DNA from: an uncultured Clostridia bacterium
GTDB lineage: Bacteria; Bacillota; Clostridia; TANB77; CAG-508
Assembly (NCBI GenBank): GCA_944387435.1
Contig: CALXEW010000003.1
Coordinates: forward strand, 15,777-79,776
Reading direction: 5' to 3'
Length of the DNA: 64,000 nt
Position numbers and translations under genes: made by a program. Shown here piece after piece: positions 48,738 to 59,042 of this stretch (positions are counted from its first letter, which is position 1; each line of letters starts with the position of its first letter). The notes below the pieces were generated by a model. It saw only the letters and a list, made by a program, of their open reading frames with translations, had not been told where the DNA came from and ran no database searches.

Positions 48738-49790
48738 CTATCCATATCTTCTTTTTTCTGAATAGTATCTACATACATTATGTACCATTTGGTTATTTAA
48801 TAAAAATTCTCTTCCTTCTTTTTTTATAGACATATCCTTCACTTCATTATCTATACATTTACTACATACTGTACAATTATTTTTTTCATTATTTAAAATC
48901 TTTGGTTCTTCTTTTTCTAAATCAAATGTAAATTCTGTCATAACTTCTGATAAAACAGGACAAAATGTAGCTTTCAAACCATCTCCTTGCATCCATACTT
49001 GAAGTCCTCTTCCTCCATTTTGACAGTAAACTTTATTTTCTTTTTTGTACGTTTTCCATTCCTCATCATTCAAAAATATTTTAGGAGCTTTTATTTTTAA
49101 ATTTTTTCTTATAGCTAAACGATTTATCTCTTTTACAATTTCCATCCATTTTATTGGTGATACATGTTTTAGCGGAATATCTCTTCCTTGTAAAGCTTCA
49201 AAACTTCCAGCATGAAATGTAAACCATTCTATACCAAGTTTAGAATAGTAGTCTATTATTTCTTTATAATCATCTTGATTTATTTCCCATATAGTCGGCT
49301 GTATCTTCACTGTTATTCCTTTATCCAAACAATATTTAATTGCTTCATTTATTTCGTTTAGATTTATTTTTTTGTTTCCTTTTAAATATTGTAATTTTTT
49401 ATTATCCATTGTATCAACACTATAACTTATGTAGTTAATGCTTTGACTTTCAATTCCTTCTGTTAATTTTTTTATTACTTCTATTCCGTTAAATCCTGAT
49501 GTTGAAAACATTACTTTTTTTCCTGCTTTTATAAATTCCTTCGCGGCTTTGTTACAAAATCCTGTATCAACTGACACGTCTGGGTTTCCTAATATATATG
49601 CATTTTTTAAATTTGGTAATTTTTTTACTATAACATTTATCTTTTCTAAAGTTCCTTGATAATCTTTATGTCTTCTTCCATAACTTTCTTGAGTACATCC
49701 TATACAAGAACATGTACATCTTTTTCTTCCATAAGTTCCTGTATATAATGTTAGCTCTTCTACTTTTTCTAACAAACTAACCTTGTCCAT
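48738..49790 (-). CDS. Radical SAM domain protein with C-terminal Cys-rich region
   Basis: CSCIGC within RKRCTCSCIGCT fits CxxxCxxC. C-terminal CTVCSKC...VC. Located 9 nt upstream of the RSH gene. Confidence 0.6.
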   Translation of the reverse strand: MDKVSLLEKVEELTLYTGTYGRKRCTCSCIGCTQESYGRRHKDYQGTLEKINVIVKKLPNLKNAYILGNPDVSVDTGFCNKAAKEFIKAGKKVMFSTSGFNGIEVIKKLTEGIESQSINYISYSVDTMDNKKLQYLKGNKKINLNEINEAIKYCLDKGITVKIQPTIWEINQDDYKEIIDYYSKLGIEWFTFHAGSFEALQGRDIPLKHVSPIKWMEIVKEINRLAIRKNLKIKAPKIFLNDEEWKTYKKENKVYCQNGGRGLQVWMQGDGLKATFCPVLSEVMTEFTFDLEKEEPKILNNEKNNCTVCSKCIDNEVKDMSIKKEGREFLLNNQMVHNVCRYYSEKRRYG

Positions 49791-49898
49791 AAAAAGACCT
49801 CCTAAACTTTTTCTTATATTAGTTTATGAAGGTCTTTTTGATTTTAGAACAAAAAATAGAAAAGATTTTAGCTTTAACTAAAATCTTTCAGAGTTTTA

Positions 49899-50822
49899 TT
49901 ATCTTCTTTTATCTATTGCATAACTACTTCCCATAACTGATTTTGCTGCATGTTTTACTTGTGCTCCTATTTCTCCTATTTCTAATATATTGTGAAATCT
50001 TCCTACATCTGCAACAACTACACCTATTGATAAAGATGTTAATGGGAATTGTTCTATTATTCCTTTTCTATTTGCTACTTCTATATAACCTTTCTCAATA
50101 TCTTCTTCTGTAAAATATTTCACTACATTTGCATCAAAATGAGATATTATGTTTTGACATAATTTTTCACAATTTGTTCCAGGTACAATTGCCACAAAAT
50201 CATCTCCTCCAATATGTCCAACAAATGTATTTTCTAATTCATCACTATGAACTAAGCTTACTATTGTATCTGCTGTAAACTCTATTATTTGGTCTCCTTT
50301 TAAGAAACCATAAACATCATTATAAGCCTTGAAGTTGTCTAAGTCTAAATACAATACCGAAAAAGCTTCTCCTCTTACAATTCTCTTCTTTAACTCGGCA
50401 TGTATTTGTACATTTCCTGGAAGTCCAGTTAACGGACTTACTCTTCTGTTACTTGAAAGAAGTCTATTCAAATTCTTTACAGTATAATATAAATATTGCT
50501 CGTCTACTGGCTTTTTTATAAAATATTCTACAGACTCTCTTAAAATCCTTACTCTATGCTCTCTGCTCCTTTTTGATGATACTACAATTACTGGAGTTAT
50601 ATTGTTGTCTTCATCCTTTCTAATCTTTCTACACAAATCTATTACATCTCTATCTATCGCATCTTCATTTATTACTATTAAAGATGGAATATTTTTAAGT
50701 GCTATATCTATTTGTTCCGTCTTTACACTAATAAATTTATATTCTGGATCATTTCTAAATAGTTCTCTAAAAATTACAATTGAAGAATCATCATCGTCTA
50801 TAATATATATCTCTTGTACCAT
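49899..50822 (-). CDS. Response-regulator receiver domain fused to a GGDEF-type domain (site reads GGDDF)
   Basis: N-terminal IYIIDDDD...VIVVSS...FIKKP receiver pattern. C-terminal YGFLKGDQII...GHIGGDDFVAIV. Confidence 0.8.
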   Translation of the reverse strand: MVQEIYIIDDDDSSIVIFRELFRNDPEYKFISVKTEQIDIALKNIPSLIVINEDAIDRDVIDLCRKIRKDEDNNITPVIVVSSKRSREHRVRILRESVEYFIKKPVDEQYLYYTVKNLNRLLSSNRRVSPLTGLPGNVQIHAELKKRIVRGEAFSVLYLDLDNFKAYNDVYGFLKGDQIIEFTADTIVSLVHSDELENTFVGHIGGDDFVAIVPGTNCEKLCQNIISHFDANVVKYFTEEDIEKGYIEVANRKGIIEQFPLTSLSIGVVVADVGRFHNILEIGEIGAQVKHAAKSVMGSSYAIDKRR

Positions 50823-50887
50823 TTTTTTGCTCCTTTATTTTATTTGCCTTTATTATATACAAAGCTATTCATATTTTTCAAGTTTTT

Positions 50888-51679
50888 TTAATTTTTATTT
50901 TTCTTTATTTTTTTCAGTTCTATTTTTTTATTTAATATCTCTCTTATTTCTTTAGTATCTATGGCTGGAAATGCCTTTTTTAATCTATATACATTTTTGT
51001 ATAATCTAAAAATTATTTTGTTTCTCTTCTCATTTAAATCATCTACTATTTTTTGTATATTTTCAACTATATCCAATTTTTCTGTACTTTTTTCTGTTTC
51101 TTTTGCTATTTCCTTTAATTTTTCTTTTATTTCATTATTTAATTCTTCTATTCTTTCTAATGCTAATTTTATACTCTTAAGTTTAATAATACTTGTTATC
51201 ACATCAACAACAAATACCATGCTCAAAATAACCACCACAAAACGTATTATATCAATATCTATACTTCCTACAATCTCTTGCATAAACGGATGAATATACT
51301 TAGTAAATATCACTCCTAATATTCCCCAATATATTGAATTCGATAAACATACTCTTCCTTGAAAATTAATCTTGTGATCAGAATAATCCCAATATTTAGT
51401 ATGAAATAGCTTTTCTAATAGAACTCCTACAACATATTCCCAAAATGTTAGTATTATCATTGAACTAATAAATAATAGAATAATATTATTTGAAAGTTTA
51501 TTTAAAATAGTAAACATTATAATTGCACCAAAACCATATATTGGGCAAATTGGGCCTTTTAAAAAACCTGTATTTATAATTTTCTTTTCTATAATTGACC
51601 TAAATATTGATTCCATTACCCATCCTAAAAATGAATAAATTAAAAAATATGTTAAAATAAAAAATACTTCTTCTTCCAT
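50888..51679 (-). CDS. Polytopic membrane protein of the putative ABC-transporter type IV (DUF1113) kind with a C-terminal coiled coil
   Basis: YSFLGWVMESIF...GPICPIYGFGAI is characteristic of that family. Confidence 0.65.
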   Translation of the reverse strand: MEEEVFFILTYFLIYSFLGWVMESIFRSIIEKKIINTGFLKGPICPIYGFGAIIMFTILNKLSNNIILLFISSMIILTFWEYVVGVLLEKLFHTKYWDYSDHKINFQGRVCLSNSIYWGILGVIFTKYIHPFMQEIVGSIDIDIIRFVVVILSMVFVVDVITSIIKLKSIKLALERIEELNNEIKEKLKEIAKETEKSTEKLDIVENIQKIVDDLNEKRNKIIFRLYKNVYRLKKAFPAIDTKEIREILNKKIELKKIKKNKN

Positions 51680-51726
51680 ATCATCCTCTTTATAAAAACC
51701 TCCTACAAATTGTAGGAGGTTTAATC

Positions 51727-52701
51727 TTATTTATTTACCATAACTCTTGCAGTTTCACTTACTCCACTCTCATTATAAACTGTTACTTCTATTTTGTTTT
51801 CTCCATCGTGTAATGGAAATCCATTATATTCAAACTGTTTTCTTTCGTCTATAGAATATATTTGTTCTAAATCAAATGCATATTTTTGATTCTCATCTTC
51901 ATCTATAGTAACTTCTACTCTTGTAAGCCCCTCTTCATCAGATGCTCTAATAACAAAATTTGAAGATCCATCGGTTGTTACTTCTAGAGTTGGTCTCATA
52001 ACACCCCTTACCTCTTGTTGTTCTGTTTCTGTTGCATTATTAATGTCTACGACAGAAACTGTTAAAGTGTGTTGACCCACTGGAATTTCAATTGAATATT
52101 CTACTGCCATATCATTTATATCTACTCTTTGTTCTTCTTCATCATCCCATCTATATGTCATATAAGAAAGTTGATTTTTCCCATTTGCTGTAACTATTAA
52201 ATTACCTCCATCAACTTCAAAATCAACAGTTATGTCTCCTTGTCTTGTATATACTCTTGAATAATTTGTTTCTCTTCCTTCTTCATCAACAGCATATACA
52301 TTTAATGTATTTTCTCCAGTTGGAATTTCTATTGTCTCTATAACAGATTTTTTCCCTGAAGCATTTAATTCTGTTGGCGTTTCATTATTCCAATTATATG
52401 TTACTCTTTGTAATTGGCTACCATGACTTACTTCTAATTCTAATTGTGTTTCTGAAATTTCTTGAACTGAAATTGTAGGTTTTGCTTGACTGTTTCCTGT
52501 TTGTGTTCCTTGATACATAGAGTATGAACCACTACCTATCATTACTATGCCAAAAACTATTAGTACTATAGCAAAAAATCTAACAATTTTATCTATTTCT
52601 ATTGTTCCTCCGCTATTATATCCCATATTATTATTTTTTTGCTTTTTTTCTTTTTTAGGCTTTGGAGGTTCTACACTTAATATTTGATTCAAAATTTTCA
52701 C
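51727..52701 (-). CDS. Membrane-anchored protein with three tandem beta-sandwich-like repeats
   Basis: TM helix FAIVLIVFGIVMIGSG, then three repeats of about 85 aa, each ending in a motif like GENTLNVYAVDEEG / GQHTLTVSVVD / GENKIEVTVYNESG. Confidence 0.6.
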   Translation of the reverse strand: MKILNQILSVEPPKPKKEKKQKNNNMGYNSGGTIEIDKIVRFFAIVLIVFGIVMIGSGSYSMYQGTQTGNSQAKPTISVQEISETQLELEVSHGSQLQRVTYNWNNETPTELNASGKKSVIETIEIPTGENTLNVYAVDEEGRETNYSRVYTRQGDITVDFEVDGGNLIVTANGKNQLSYMTYRWDDEEEQRVDINDMAVEYSIEIPVGQHTLTVSVVDINNATETEQQEVRGVMRPTLEVTTDGSSNFVIRASDEEGLTRVEVTIDEDENQKYAFDLEQIYSIDERKQFEYNGFPLHDGENKIEVTVYNESGVSETARVMVNK

Positions 52702-52828
52702 CTCTTTTGTCTATTATGGAAAAATTATATCATAGGATTTTTTAAAAGTAAAGTGAAAAATATTCCTAAAAAAAAATAAAAACGCTTATAAAAATTATAT
52801 TTATAAACGTTTTATCTCTTCTTTCTTA

Positions 52829-53104
52829 TTAGTTTTGTGTATATGGTAATAAAGCAATATGTCTTGCTCTTTTTATTGCTTTTGTAATATCTCTTTGATG
52901 TTTACTACAAGCCCCTGTTGTTCTTCTTGGTAATATTTTTCCTTTATCATTAATAAATTTTCTTAATTGTTCAGGATTTTTATAATCTAATACAAAGTTT
53001 TTATCACTGCATAATAAACATACTTTTTTTCTTTGTTTTCTGAATCTTGGATTGTAGTCATCATCATAGTTTTTATTTCTTTTATTTTGCTTTTTATCTG
53101 ACAT
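52829..53104 (-). CDS. rpsR: 30S ribosomal protein S18
   Basis: [49 protein letters not shown]. Confidence 0.95.
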   Translation of the reverse strand: MSDKKQNKRNKNYDDDYNPRFRKQRKKVCLLCSDKNFVLDYKNPEQLRKFINDKGKILPRRTTGACSKHQRDITKAIKRARHIALLPYTQN

Positions 53105-53127
53105 TTTATTATTCCCCCCTAATCTTA

Positions 53128-53556
53128 TTAGAATGGTAGGTCATCGCTTGAAGAAATTTCAAAATCTGATCCCATACTTCCTGGTTCAGTATTTCCAAAT
53201 GTATTTTCAAAAGTAGAACTTCCTGCTTCTTGTTCTCTTTTACTATCTGCAAAATAAGCTTCTTCAGCTACTACTTCTGTTACATAATGTTTTACACCCT
53301 GGTCATCATCCCAAGTTCTTGTTTGAATTCTTCCGATTATTCCTACTTGTTGACCTTTTTTAAAGTATTTACTACAAAATTCTCCTAGTTTACTCCAAGC
53401 AACAATATTTATAAAATCTGCTTGTCTTTCTTCTCCTTGTCTAACAAATCTTCTATTTACAGCTAAACTAAAAGAAGCAACTAGTGTATTATTTGTTTGT
53501 GTATATCTTACTTCTGGATCTCTTGTTAATCTTCCCATTAATATAACTTTGTTCAT
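53128..53556 (-). CDS. ssb: Single-stranded DNA-binding protein
   Basis: [19 protein letters not shown]... OB fold and C-terminal acidic tip DDLPF. Confidence 0.95.
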   Translation of the reverse strand: MNKVILMGRLTRDPEVRYTQTNNTLVASFSLAVNRRFVRQGEERQADFINIVAWSKLGEFCSKYFKKGQQVGIIGRIQTRTWDDDQGVKHYVTEVVAEEAYFADSKREQEAGSSTFENTFGNTEPGSMGSDFEISSSDDLPF

Positions 53557-53604
53557 TTTTTATCACCTTTCCTACTTTAAAATAATAGGCCCTTATCTTT
53601 TTAA

Positions 53605-53889
53605 TTATTCATCTTTTTTTACAACAATGTGTTTTAAAATTTCATCTGTAATTCTGTAAATTCTTTCTATTTCAGCTATTGCTGATGGTTGTGATTCAAA
53701 ATTGAATAATAGGTATGTACCTTCATTAAATTTTTTAATTTCATAGGCTAATTTTTTCTTTCCCATGTTTTCAACTGATTCTACTTTACCATTTTCATTA
53801 ATTAATCCTGTAAATTTTTCTTCTAAAGCTTTTAAACCTTCTTCATCTACATTTGGATTAACAATGATAATACTTTCGTATTTGTTCAT
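53605..53889 (-). CDS. rpsF: 30S ribosomal protein S6
   Basis: MNKYESIIIVNP... Start moved to ATG 53889, 8 nt after GGGAGG. The track start is a GTG inside the RBS. Confidence 0.93.
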   Translation of the reverse strand: MNKYESIIIVNPNVDEEGLKALEEKFTGLINENGKVESVENMGKKKLAYEIKKFNEGTYLLFNFESQPSAIAEIERIYRITDEILKHIVVKKDE

Positions 53890-53976
53890 TATTTTCACCT
53901 CCCTTTGGATTTATAACCTACATTTACTGTAAGTAGAGATTTGAAAAATAGCTACACTAATTTTCAAAGCATAGCT

Positions 53977-54005
53977 ATTTTACCACATTTTTTAATTTTT
54001 TGCAA
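53977..54005 (-). promoter_or_regulatory. rpsF operon promoter (TTGCAA-17-TAAAAT with TGN extension)
   Basis: TTGCAA 54005-54000, 17-nt spacer, TAAAAT 53982-53977, followed by a roughly 80-nt hairpin-rich leader. Confidence 0.55.
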
Positions 54006-54159
54006 GCATTTCAATGTATTTTTTTGTTTCTTTTTACATAAAATATTTCTTTATAAAGTAGTTAAAAATCTTTAAAAATCAACCCTTACGACAGAAATGT
54101 CGTTCTATTTCAACTATAACTATAATATAATAATTAAAATCTTATGTTGGAGGTAAAAG

Positions 54160-54348
54160 ATGATAAAACAATATCGAAAAAGACATAGCCTATCACAAGA
54201 AGAACTTGCAGAAGAAATCGGTATAAGTTCAAGACATTTACAACGTCTAGAACGTAATGAAGAACACACAAGAGTTTCAACCTTCAAAAAGATTGTAAAA
54301 GCTTTAGATATACCAGACGATGAAATTATAAAATTTATAAAAAAGTAA
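54160..54348 (+). CDS. Small XRE-family HTH protein
   Basis: IKQYRKRHSLSQEELAEEIGISSRHLQRLERNE. GGAGG RBS. Confidence 0.8.
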   Translation: MIKQYRKRHSLSQEELAEEIGISSRHLQRLERNEEHTRVSTFKKIVKALDIPDDEIIKFIKK

Positions 54349-54380
54349 CAGATATTTAAATTAATTTTAAATATCTATTT

Positions 54381-54650
54381 TTATACTCCTTTTTCAAACT
54401 CTTTCTTTATATCTTTTAATAAATCATTAACATCTATTCCTAATGCATATGCCAATCCAAATAGTTCATAATCTTTTACTGTTCTTTTATTATTTTCTAT
54501 ATCATATAAACTTTGTTTGTGTATACTTATTCCCATTAATTCTAATTTTCCTGCTAATTTTTCATATGACATTTTTTCTTTTGTTCTATATTCTTTTAAT
54601 CTTTTTCCTATTACATTCATATTATTGTTGAACTTTGCAATTAAAGACAT
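54381..54650 (-). CDS. XRE-family HTH regulator, divergent from a pilin-like gene
   Basis: IGKRLKEYRTKEKMSYEKLAGKLELMGISIHKQSLYDIENNKR. Confidence 0.8.
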   Translation of the reverse strand: MSLIAKFNNNMNVIGKRLKEYRTKEKMSYEKLAGKLELMGISIHKQSLYDIENNKRTVKDYELFGLAYALGIDVNDLLKDIKKEFEKGV

Positions 54651-54749
54651 AATATCCTCTCCACTTTTTTATTTTTACATATTGATTTTATTATTTTTTT
54701 ATGCTATATTTATAAGTGTTAACGCTTAGTAGAAAAGGAGAAAAAAATT

Positions 54750-56199
54750 ATGAAATATTCAAAAGAAAAAGGAATCACTTTAATTGCATTAGTAATCACT
54801 ATCATTGTTTTACTAATTTTAGCGGGAGTTTCAATTGCTATGCTTACTGGACAAAACGGAATATTAACTCAAGCAACTAGTGCAAAGGAAAAGGCAAATA
54901 AAGCAACAGAGGAAGAAAAAATACAGATGGCAGTGTTAGGAAGCAGCTTAACTGATAGTGGCTATAATGCTATTTTAGATGAGACAAGTTTTAAGCAGGA
55001 GTTAGCAAACCAATTTGGAAGTCAAAGTTTAGATGTAGTGGCAAATGGAGATGGAAGTTTTATAATAACTATAGAAGATACACAAAGAAAATACTATGTT
55101 AATGATGATAAAACAGTTATAAATAGTGATAACATTATAGAAATAGGTACAGCAGAAGAATTAGCAAGTTTTAGAAATGATGTAAATAATGGAAACACTT
55201 ATGAAGAAAAAGCAATATTACTTACTAACAATATAGATTTACAAGGAGAAGAATGGGAACCAATTGGATATTATCCTCCAGAAAATGTTGATTCACCAAA
55301 TGCCAATACTAATAAACCATTTAAAGGAATTTTTGATGGTTGTGGATATGAAATAAATAATTTTTATATAGATACTACAGAAAAAGTTCAAGGATTATTC
55401 GGATTAGTAAATAATGCAAAAATTGCAAATTTGGGTGTAGGAGAAAACGTAAGCATTAATGGAGGTATTGGAACAGCAGGAGTTGTTAGTTATATTTATA
55501 ACAGAACTAAAGTATATAATTGTTATAATAAAGCAAGAATCAAAGGAAATGATAATCATACAGGAGGAGTTGTTGGTATTAGTCATGAAAACAATCAAGT
55601 TTCAAATTGCTATAATTTAGGTAAAATTGATGGGACAATAAATGTTGGAGGTATTGTAGGATATTTAAATACTTCATCAGTGCTTAGTAATTGTTACAAC
55701 AACGGTAATATAACAGCAAGTCAAAGCTGGGTTGGTGGAATAGTAGGTCAAGCACAAAATTCATCAATAATAGAGACATCTTATAATAGAGGTTCTATAT
55801 ATGGAGAATCTGATGATACAGGAGGAATAGCTGGAAAACTTTTTACTAATTGTATAGTAAGAAATTGCTATAATATTGGCGAAGTGACAGGAAATGGAGA
55901 TTATATTGGTGGTTTAGTGGGTCTAATTCAAAACAGTAGTGCTGAAAACTGTTATAATATTGGAATAATTAATGGTGACAATGCGACCGGGATAAATTCA
56001 GCAATAGGATTCATTAATGTATCAACTGTAAATAATTGTTATGTTCTTGAGCGGTGGAAATTATAGTAATGCAGTAAGTGGAATAAAAGTATTAAGTAGT
56101 GATGAATTAAAAAATGCATATAGTTTATTAGGAAATAAATTTAAAGAAAACACAAAAGGTATAAATAATAATTATTATCCTATTTTATATTGGCAATAA
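54750..56199 (+). CDS. Pilin-like N-terminus fused to a GLUG-motif repeat domain, interrupted by a +1 frameshift at an in-frame CGG
   Basis: KEKGITLIALVITIIVLLILAGVSIAMLTGQNGILTQA. Repeated GG(I/V/L)VG units (GGVVGIS, GGIVGYL, GGIVGQA, GGIAGKL, GGLVGLI). Skipping c56052 extends the protein by GGNYSNAVSGIKVLSSDELKNAYSLLGNKFKENTKGINNNYYPILYWQ to the TAA at 56197-56199. Confidence 0.8.
56052..56054 (+). other. In-frame CGG codon at a +1 shift site (GAG-C-GGT-GGA)
   Basis: It is codon 435 of ORF 54750..56066. The zero frame stops 3 codons later. The +1 frame stays open for 48 more codons. Confidence 0.8.
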
Positions 56200-56265
56200 A
56201 TGATAATGAAGTGGTAGAGATCTTCTTCCACTTTATTTATAATAATTATTATTATAAAAATATTT

Positions 56266-56307
56266 CCATTACGAATTTTTCCGTTTATGGAACTTTTTTC
56301 GTAATGG
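56266..56307. terminator. Long hairpin between convergent genes (probable terminator of the ATPase gene)
   Basis: Perfect 10-bp arms CCATTACGAA/TTCGTAATGG with an inner TTCC/GGAA stem. The minus strand is followed by an A/T-rich run. Confidence 0.55.
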
Positions 56308-56327
56308 ACCTTAAATAATTATATATA

Positions 56328-58937
56328 TTAAATGTTGTTTTTTGACCCCGTCCCAAAAAACAGTACCTTTCCAAACTTATTCTTATTTATTTTCTTTTGT
56401 AATTCCATAATTGGTATTGGAAGTATTGATATAATAGCTACTATTAGCCATTGAATGCTATTTAGTGGAACTAAACTAAATATATTTGCAAAAACTGGAA
56501 CTATAACTACAATAGTTTGTATAATAACACCTAATATAAAACTTCCTATTAAAAATTTATTTTCCAAAATTCCTACTTTAAAAATAGATTCTTCACTTTT
56601 TATATTAAAGCTGTGGACAAGTTCTAATACACCTAAAGCAATAAATGCCATTGTTCTTCCAACTTCTAGCCCATAATATTTGTTTCCTATACTAAATGCT
56701 ATTAGAGTTAGCATTCCAAGCATTATTCCTTCTACTATAATCTTATTCCACAAACCATCTGTAAAAATTCCTTTTTTACTATCTACAGGTTTTCTAGTCA
56801 TAATATTTTTTTCTGGTGGTTCTAATCCTATTGCAATTGCTGGGAATGAGTCTGTTACTAAATTAACCCATAGTAATTGTATTGCAAGAAGTGGTGACTT
56901 AAACCCTAGAACTAATCCCATAAAAATTGTTACTATTTCTCCTATATTTGTTGCAATTAAAAAGTGAATTGCTTTTTTTATATTATCATATATATTTCTT
57001 CCTTGTTTTACAGCTTTTACAATTGTTACAAAATTATCGTCTGTAAGTATCATATCAGATGCACTTTTGGCTACATCAGTCCCGTTCTTTCCCATAGCAA
57101 TTCCTATATCTGCATTTTTAAGTGCTGGACTATCATTTACTCCATCACCTGTCATAGCAACAACTGCCCCAGTGTTTTGCCAAGCTTTAACAATTCTTAC
57201 TTTATGTTCAGGTGTTACCCTTGCAAATACTGAATAATCTTTAATCTCCTTTTCTAACTTTTCTTGTGGTATTTTATCTAGCTCTTTACCTGTTATTGCT
57301 TTATCATATTTTCCTAAAATATTTAATTCTTTAGCAATGGCTTTTGCAGTAACTATATGGTCTCCTGTAATCATAACAGTCTTTATTCCTGCTCGTTTAC
57401 AAGTAGCTACCGCTTCTTTTACACCTTCTCTTAGTGGGTCTATCATTCCAATCAAACCTACAAATTTTAGTCCTGTTTCTACAAAACTAGATTCTATTCT
57501 TTTTGGTAATACAGATATATCTTTATATCCAACAGCAATTACCCTTAAAGCTTTTCCTGCCATCATTTCATTTTGACGTTCTATATTATTCTTTTCTCCA
57601 ATAGATAAATTACATTTATTTATCAAAACATCTGGAGCTCCTTTTGTTATTATTCTATAACCTTTATCAAGTTTATGTATTGTTGTCATCATTTTTCTAT
57701 TTGAGTCAAATGATATTTCATTCACTCTTGGCATCATGTGATATAATTCTATTTTATTCTTATTACATTTTTGAGCTCCTTCTACAATAGCAACTTCTGT
57801 CGGTTCTCCTTTTACTTCTGTTTTTCCTTTTTCATATACAATATCACAATCTGTACACATACTTGCAAGTTCTAATGCAAAATCGTCGTTATTTGATTTT
57901 ATCTCTACTACTGCCATTTTATTTTGTGTTAAAGTCCCTGTTTTATCTGAACAAATTACTCTACTACTTCCAAGTGTTTCAACAGCAGGTAATTTTCTAA
58001 TTATAGCATGGTTTTTAGCCATTTTAGTTACACCAATAGATAGTACAATTGTAACTATTGCAGGAAGCCCTTCTGGAATTGCCGCTACTGCTAGTCCTAC
58101 TGATGTCATAAACATTTCTATTGGATCTATTTTCTTTATCATTCCAATTAAAAATATTAATATACAAATTGCTAAACATACAAGTCCTAAAACTTTTCCT
58201 ACTTGTCCTAACTTCTTTTGTATTGGCGTTTCTGGTGTTTTATCTTCAATTATCATACCTGCAATTTTACCAACATTAGTATTCATTCCTATGTCTGTTA
58301 CCACTGCTTTTCCAGTTCCATTCACAACTATACTTGCCATAAAAGCCATATTTTTCATATCACCTAAAGCCACGTCTTTTTTAGCTATCATATCTGCATC
58401 TTTTAAAACAGCTTCTGTTTCTCCTGTTAAACTTGATTCTTCTATTTTTAAGTTATGGCTTTCTAATAATCTACAATCTGCTGGTACATAATTTCCTGAC
58501 TCTAAAATTATAATATCACCAGGTACTAATTCTTCAGCATTTATTTCTTTTACTATTCCATCTCTTACAACTTTTGCTCTAGGTGGTGTCATTTCTTTTA
58601 AAGCTTCAATTGACTTTTCAGCTTTTGCCTCTTGTACAACTCCCATAATTGCATTTAATATTACAATTGCAATTATAATTATTGAATCTATATAGTCATT
58701 TTCCCCTTGAAAGTATGAAATTCCCGCTGATACAATTGATGCTATTATTAAAATAATAATCATAAAGTCATTAAACTGTTTTAAAAATTTAACTAGTAAA
58801 CTCTCTTTAGGTTTATCATCTAATTTATTTTTTCCATATTTACTTCGCCTAAAAACTACCTCTTCTTCATTCAAACCACTTCTTATGTTTGTCTTAAGTT
58901 TCCTTACAACTTCTTCTTTTCTTAATGTTTCCCACAT
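56328..58937 (-). CDS. Calcium-type P2-type cation-transporting ATPase (PMCA/YloB-like)
   Basis: ICSDKTGTLTQN, TGDGVNDSPALK, N-terminal cation-ATPase-N segment, 10 TM pattern, 869 aa. Confidence 0.9.
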   Translation of the reverse strand: MWETLRKEEVVRKLKTNIRSGLNEEEVVFRRSKYGKNKLDDKPKESLLVKFLKQFNDFMIIILIIASIVSAGISYFQGENDYIDSIIIIAIVILNAIMGVVQEAKAEKSIEALKEMTPPRAKVVRDGIVKEINAEELVPGDIIILESGNYVPADCRLLESHNLKIEESSLTGETEAVLKDADMIAKKDVALGDMKNMAFMASIVVNGTGKAVVTDIGMNTNVGKIAGMIIEDKTPETPIQKKLGQVGKVLGLVCLAICILIFLIGMIKKIDPIEMFMTSVGLAVAAIPEGLPAIVTIVLSIGVTKMAKNHAIIRKLPAVETLGSSRVICSDKTGTLTQNKMAVVEIKSNNDDFALELASMCTDCDIVYEKGKTEVKGEPTEVAIVEGAQKCNKNKIELYHMMPRVNEISFDSNRKMMTTIHKLDKGYRIITKGAPDVLINKCNLSIGEKNNIERQNEMMAGKALRVIAVGYKDISVLPKRIESSFVETGLKFVGLIGMIDPLREGVKEAVATCKRAGIKTVMITGDHIVTAKAIAKELNILGKYDKAITGKELDKIPQEKLEKEIKDYSVFARVTPEHKVRIVKAWQNTGAVVAMTGDGVNDSPALKNADIGIAMGKNGTDVAKSASDMILTDDNFVTIVKAVKQGRNIYDNIKKAIHFLIATNIGEIVTIFMGLVLGFKSPLLAIQLLWVNLVTDSFPAIAIGLEPPEKNIMTRKPVDSKKGIFTDGLWNKIIVEGIMLGMLTLIAFSIGNKYYGLEVGRTMAFIALGVLELVHSFNIKSEESIFKVGILENKFLIGSFILGVIIQTIVVIVPVFANIFSLVPLNSIQWLIVAIISILPIPIMELQKKINKNKFGKVLFFGTGSKNNI
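56336..56362 (-). repeat. REP-like palindromic 3'-end element, copy D (inside the last codons of the ATPase ORF)
   Basis: TGTTTTTTGACCCCGTCCCAAAAAACA on the plus strand. On the sense strand it encodes LFFGTGSKN. Confidence 0.85.
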
Positions 58938-58954
58938 AAATATCCTCCTTGTCC

Positions 58955-59042
58955 ATTGGGGACGTTTCCTTTGCGCAAAAAATTTCGCATTTGGGACACT
59001 TCCTCAAATTTTCATTTGTTTCTTTTAATATCTATGTGGGAC
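58955..59042. promoter_or_regulatory. Three GGGAC-containing repeats in the ATPase upstream region
   Basis: ATTGGGGACGTTTCC (58955-58969), ATTTGGGACACTTCC (58989-59003), GGGACAT (59038-59044). Confidence 0.4.

Noticed and set aside
8560-56362. Whether the repeated GGGACGGGGTC element could be a CRISPR repeat
   Set aside because: The copies are kilobases apart, each sits at a gene 3' end, and they are not separated by regularly spaced short spacers. No cas genes are present.
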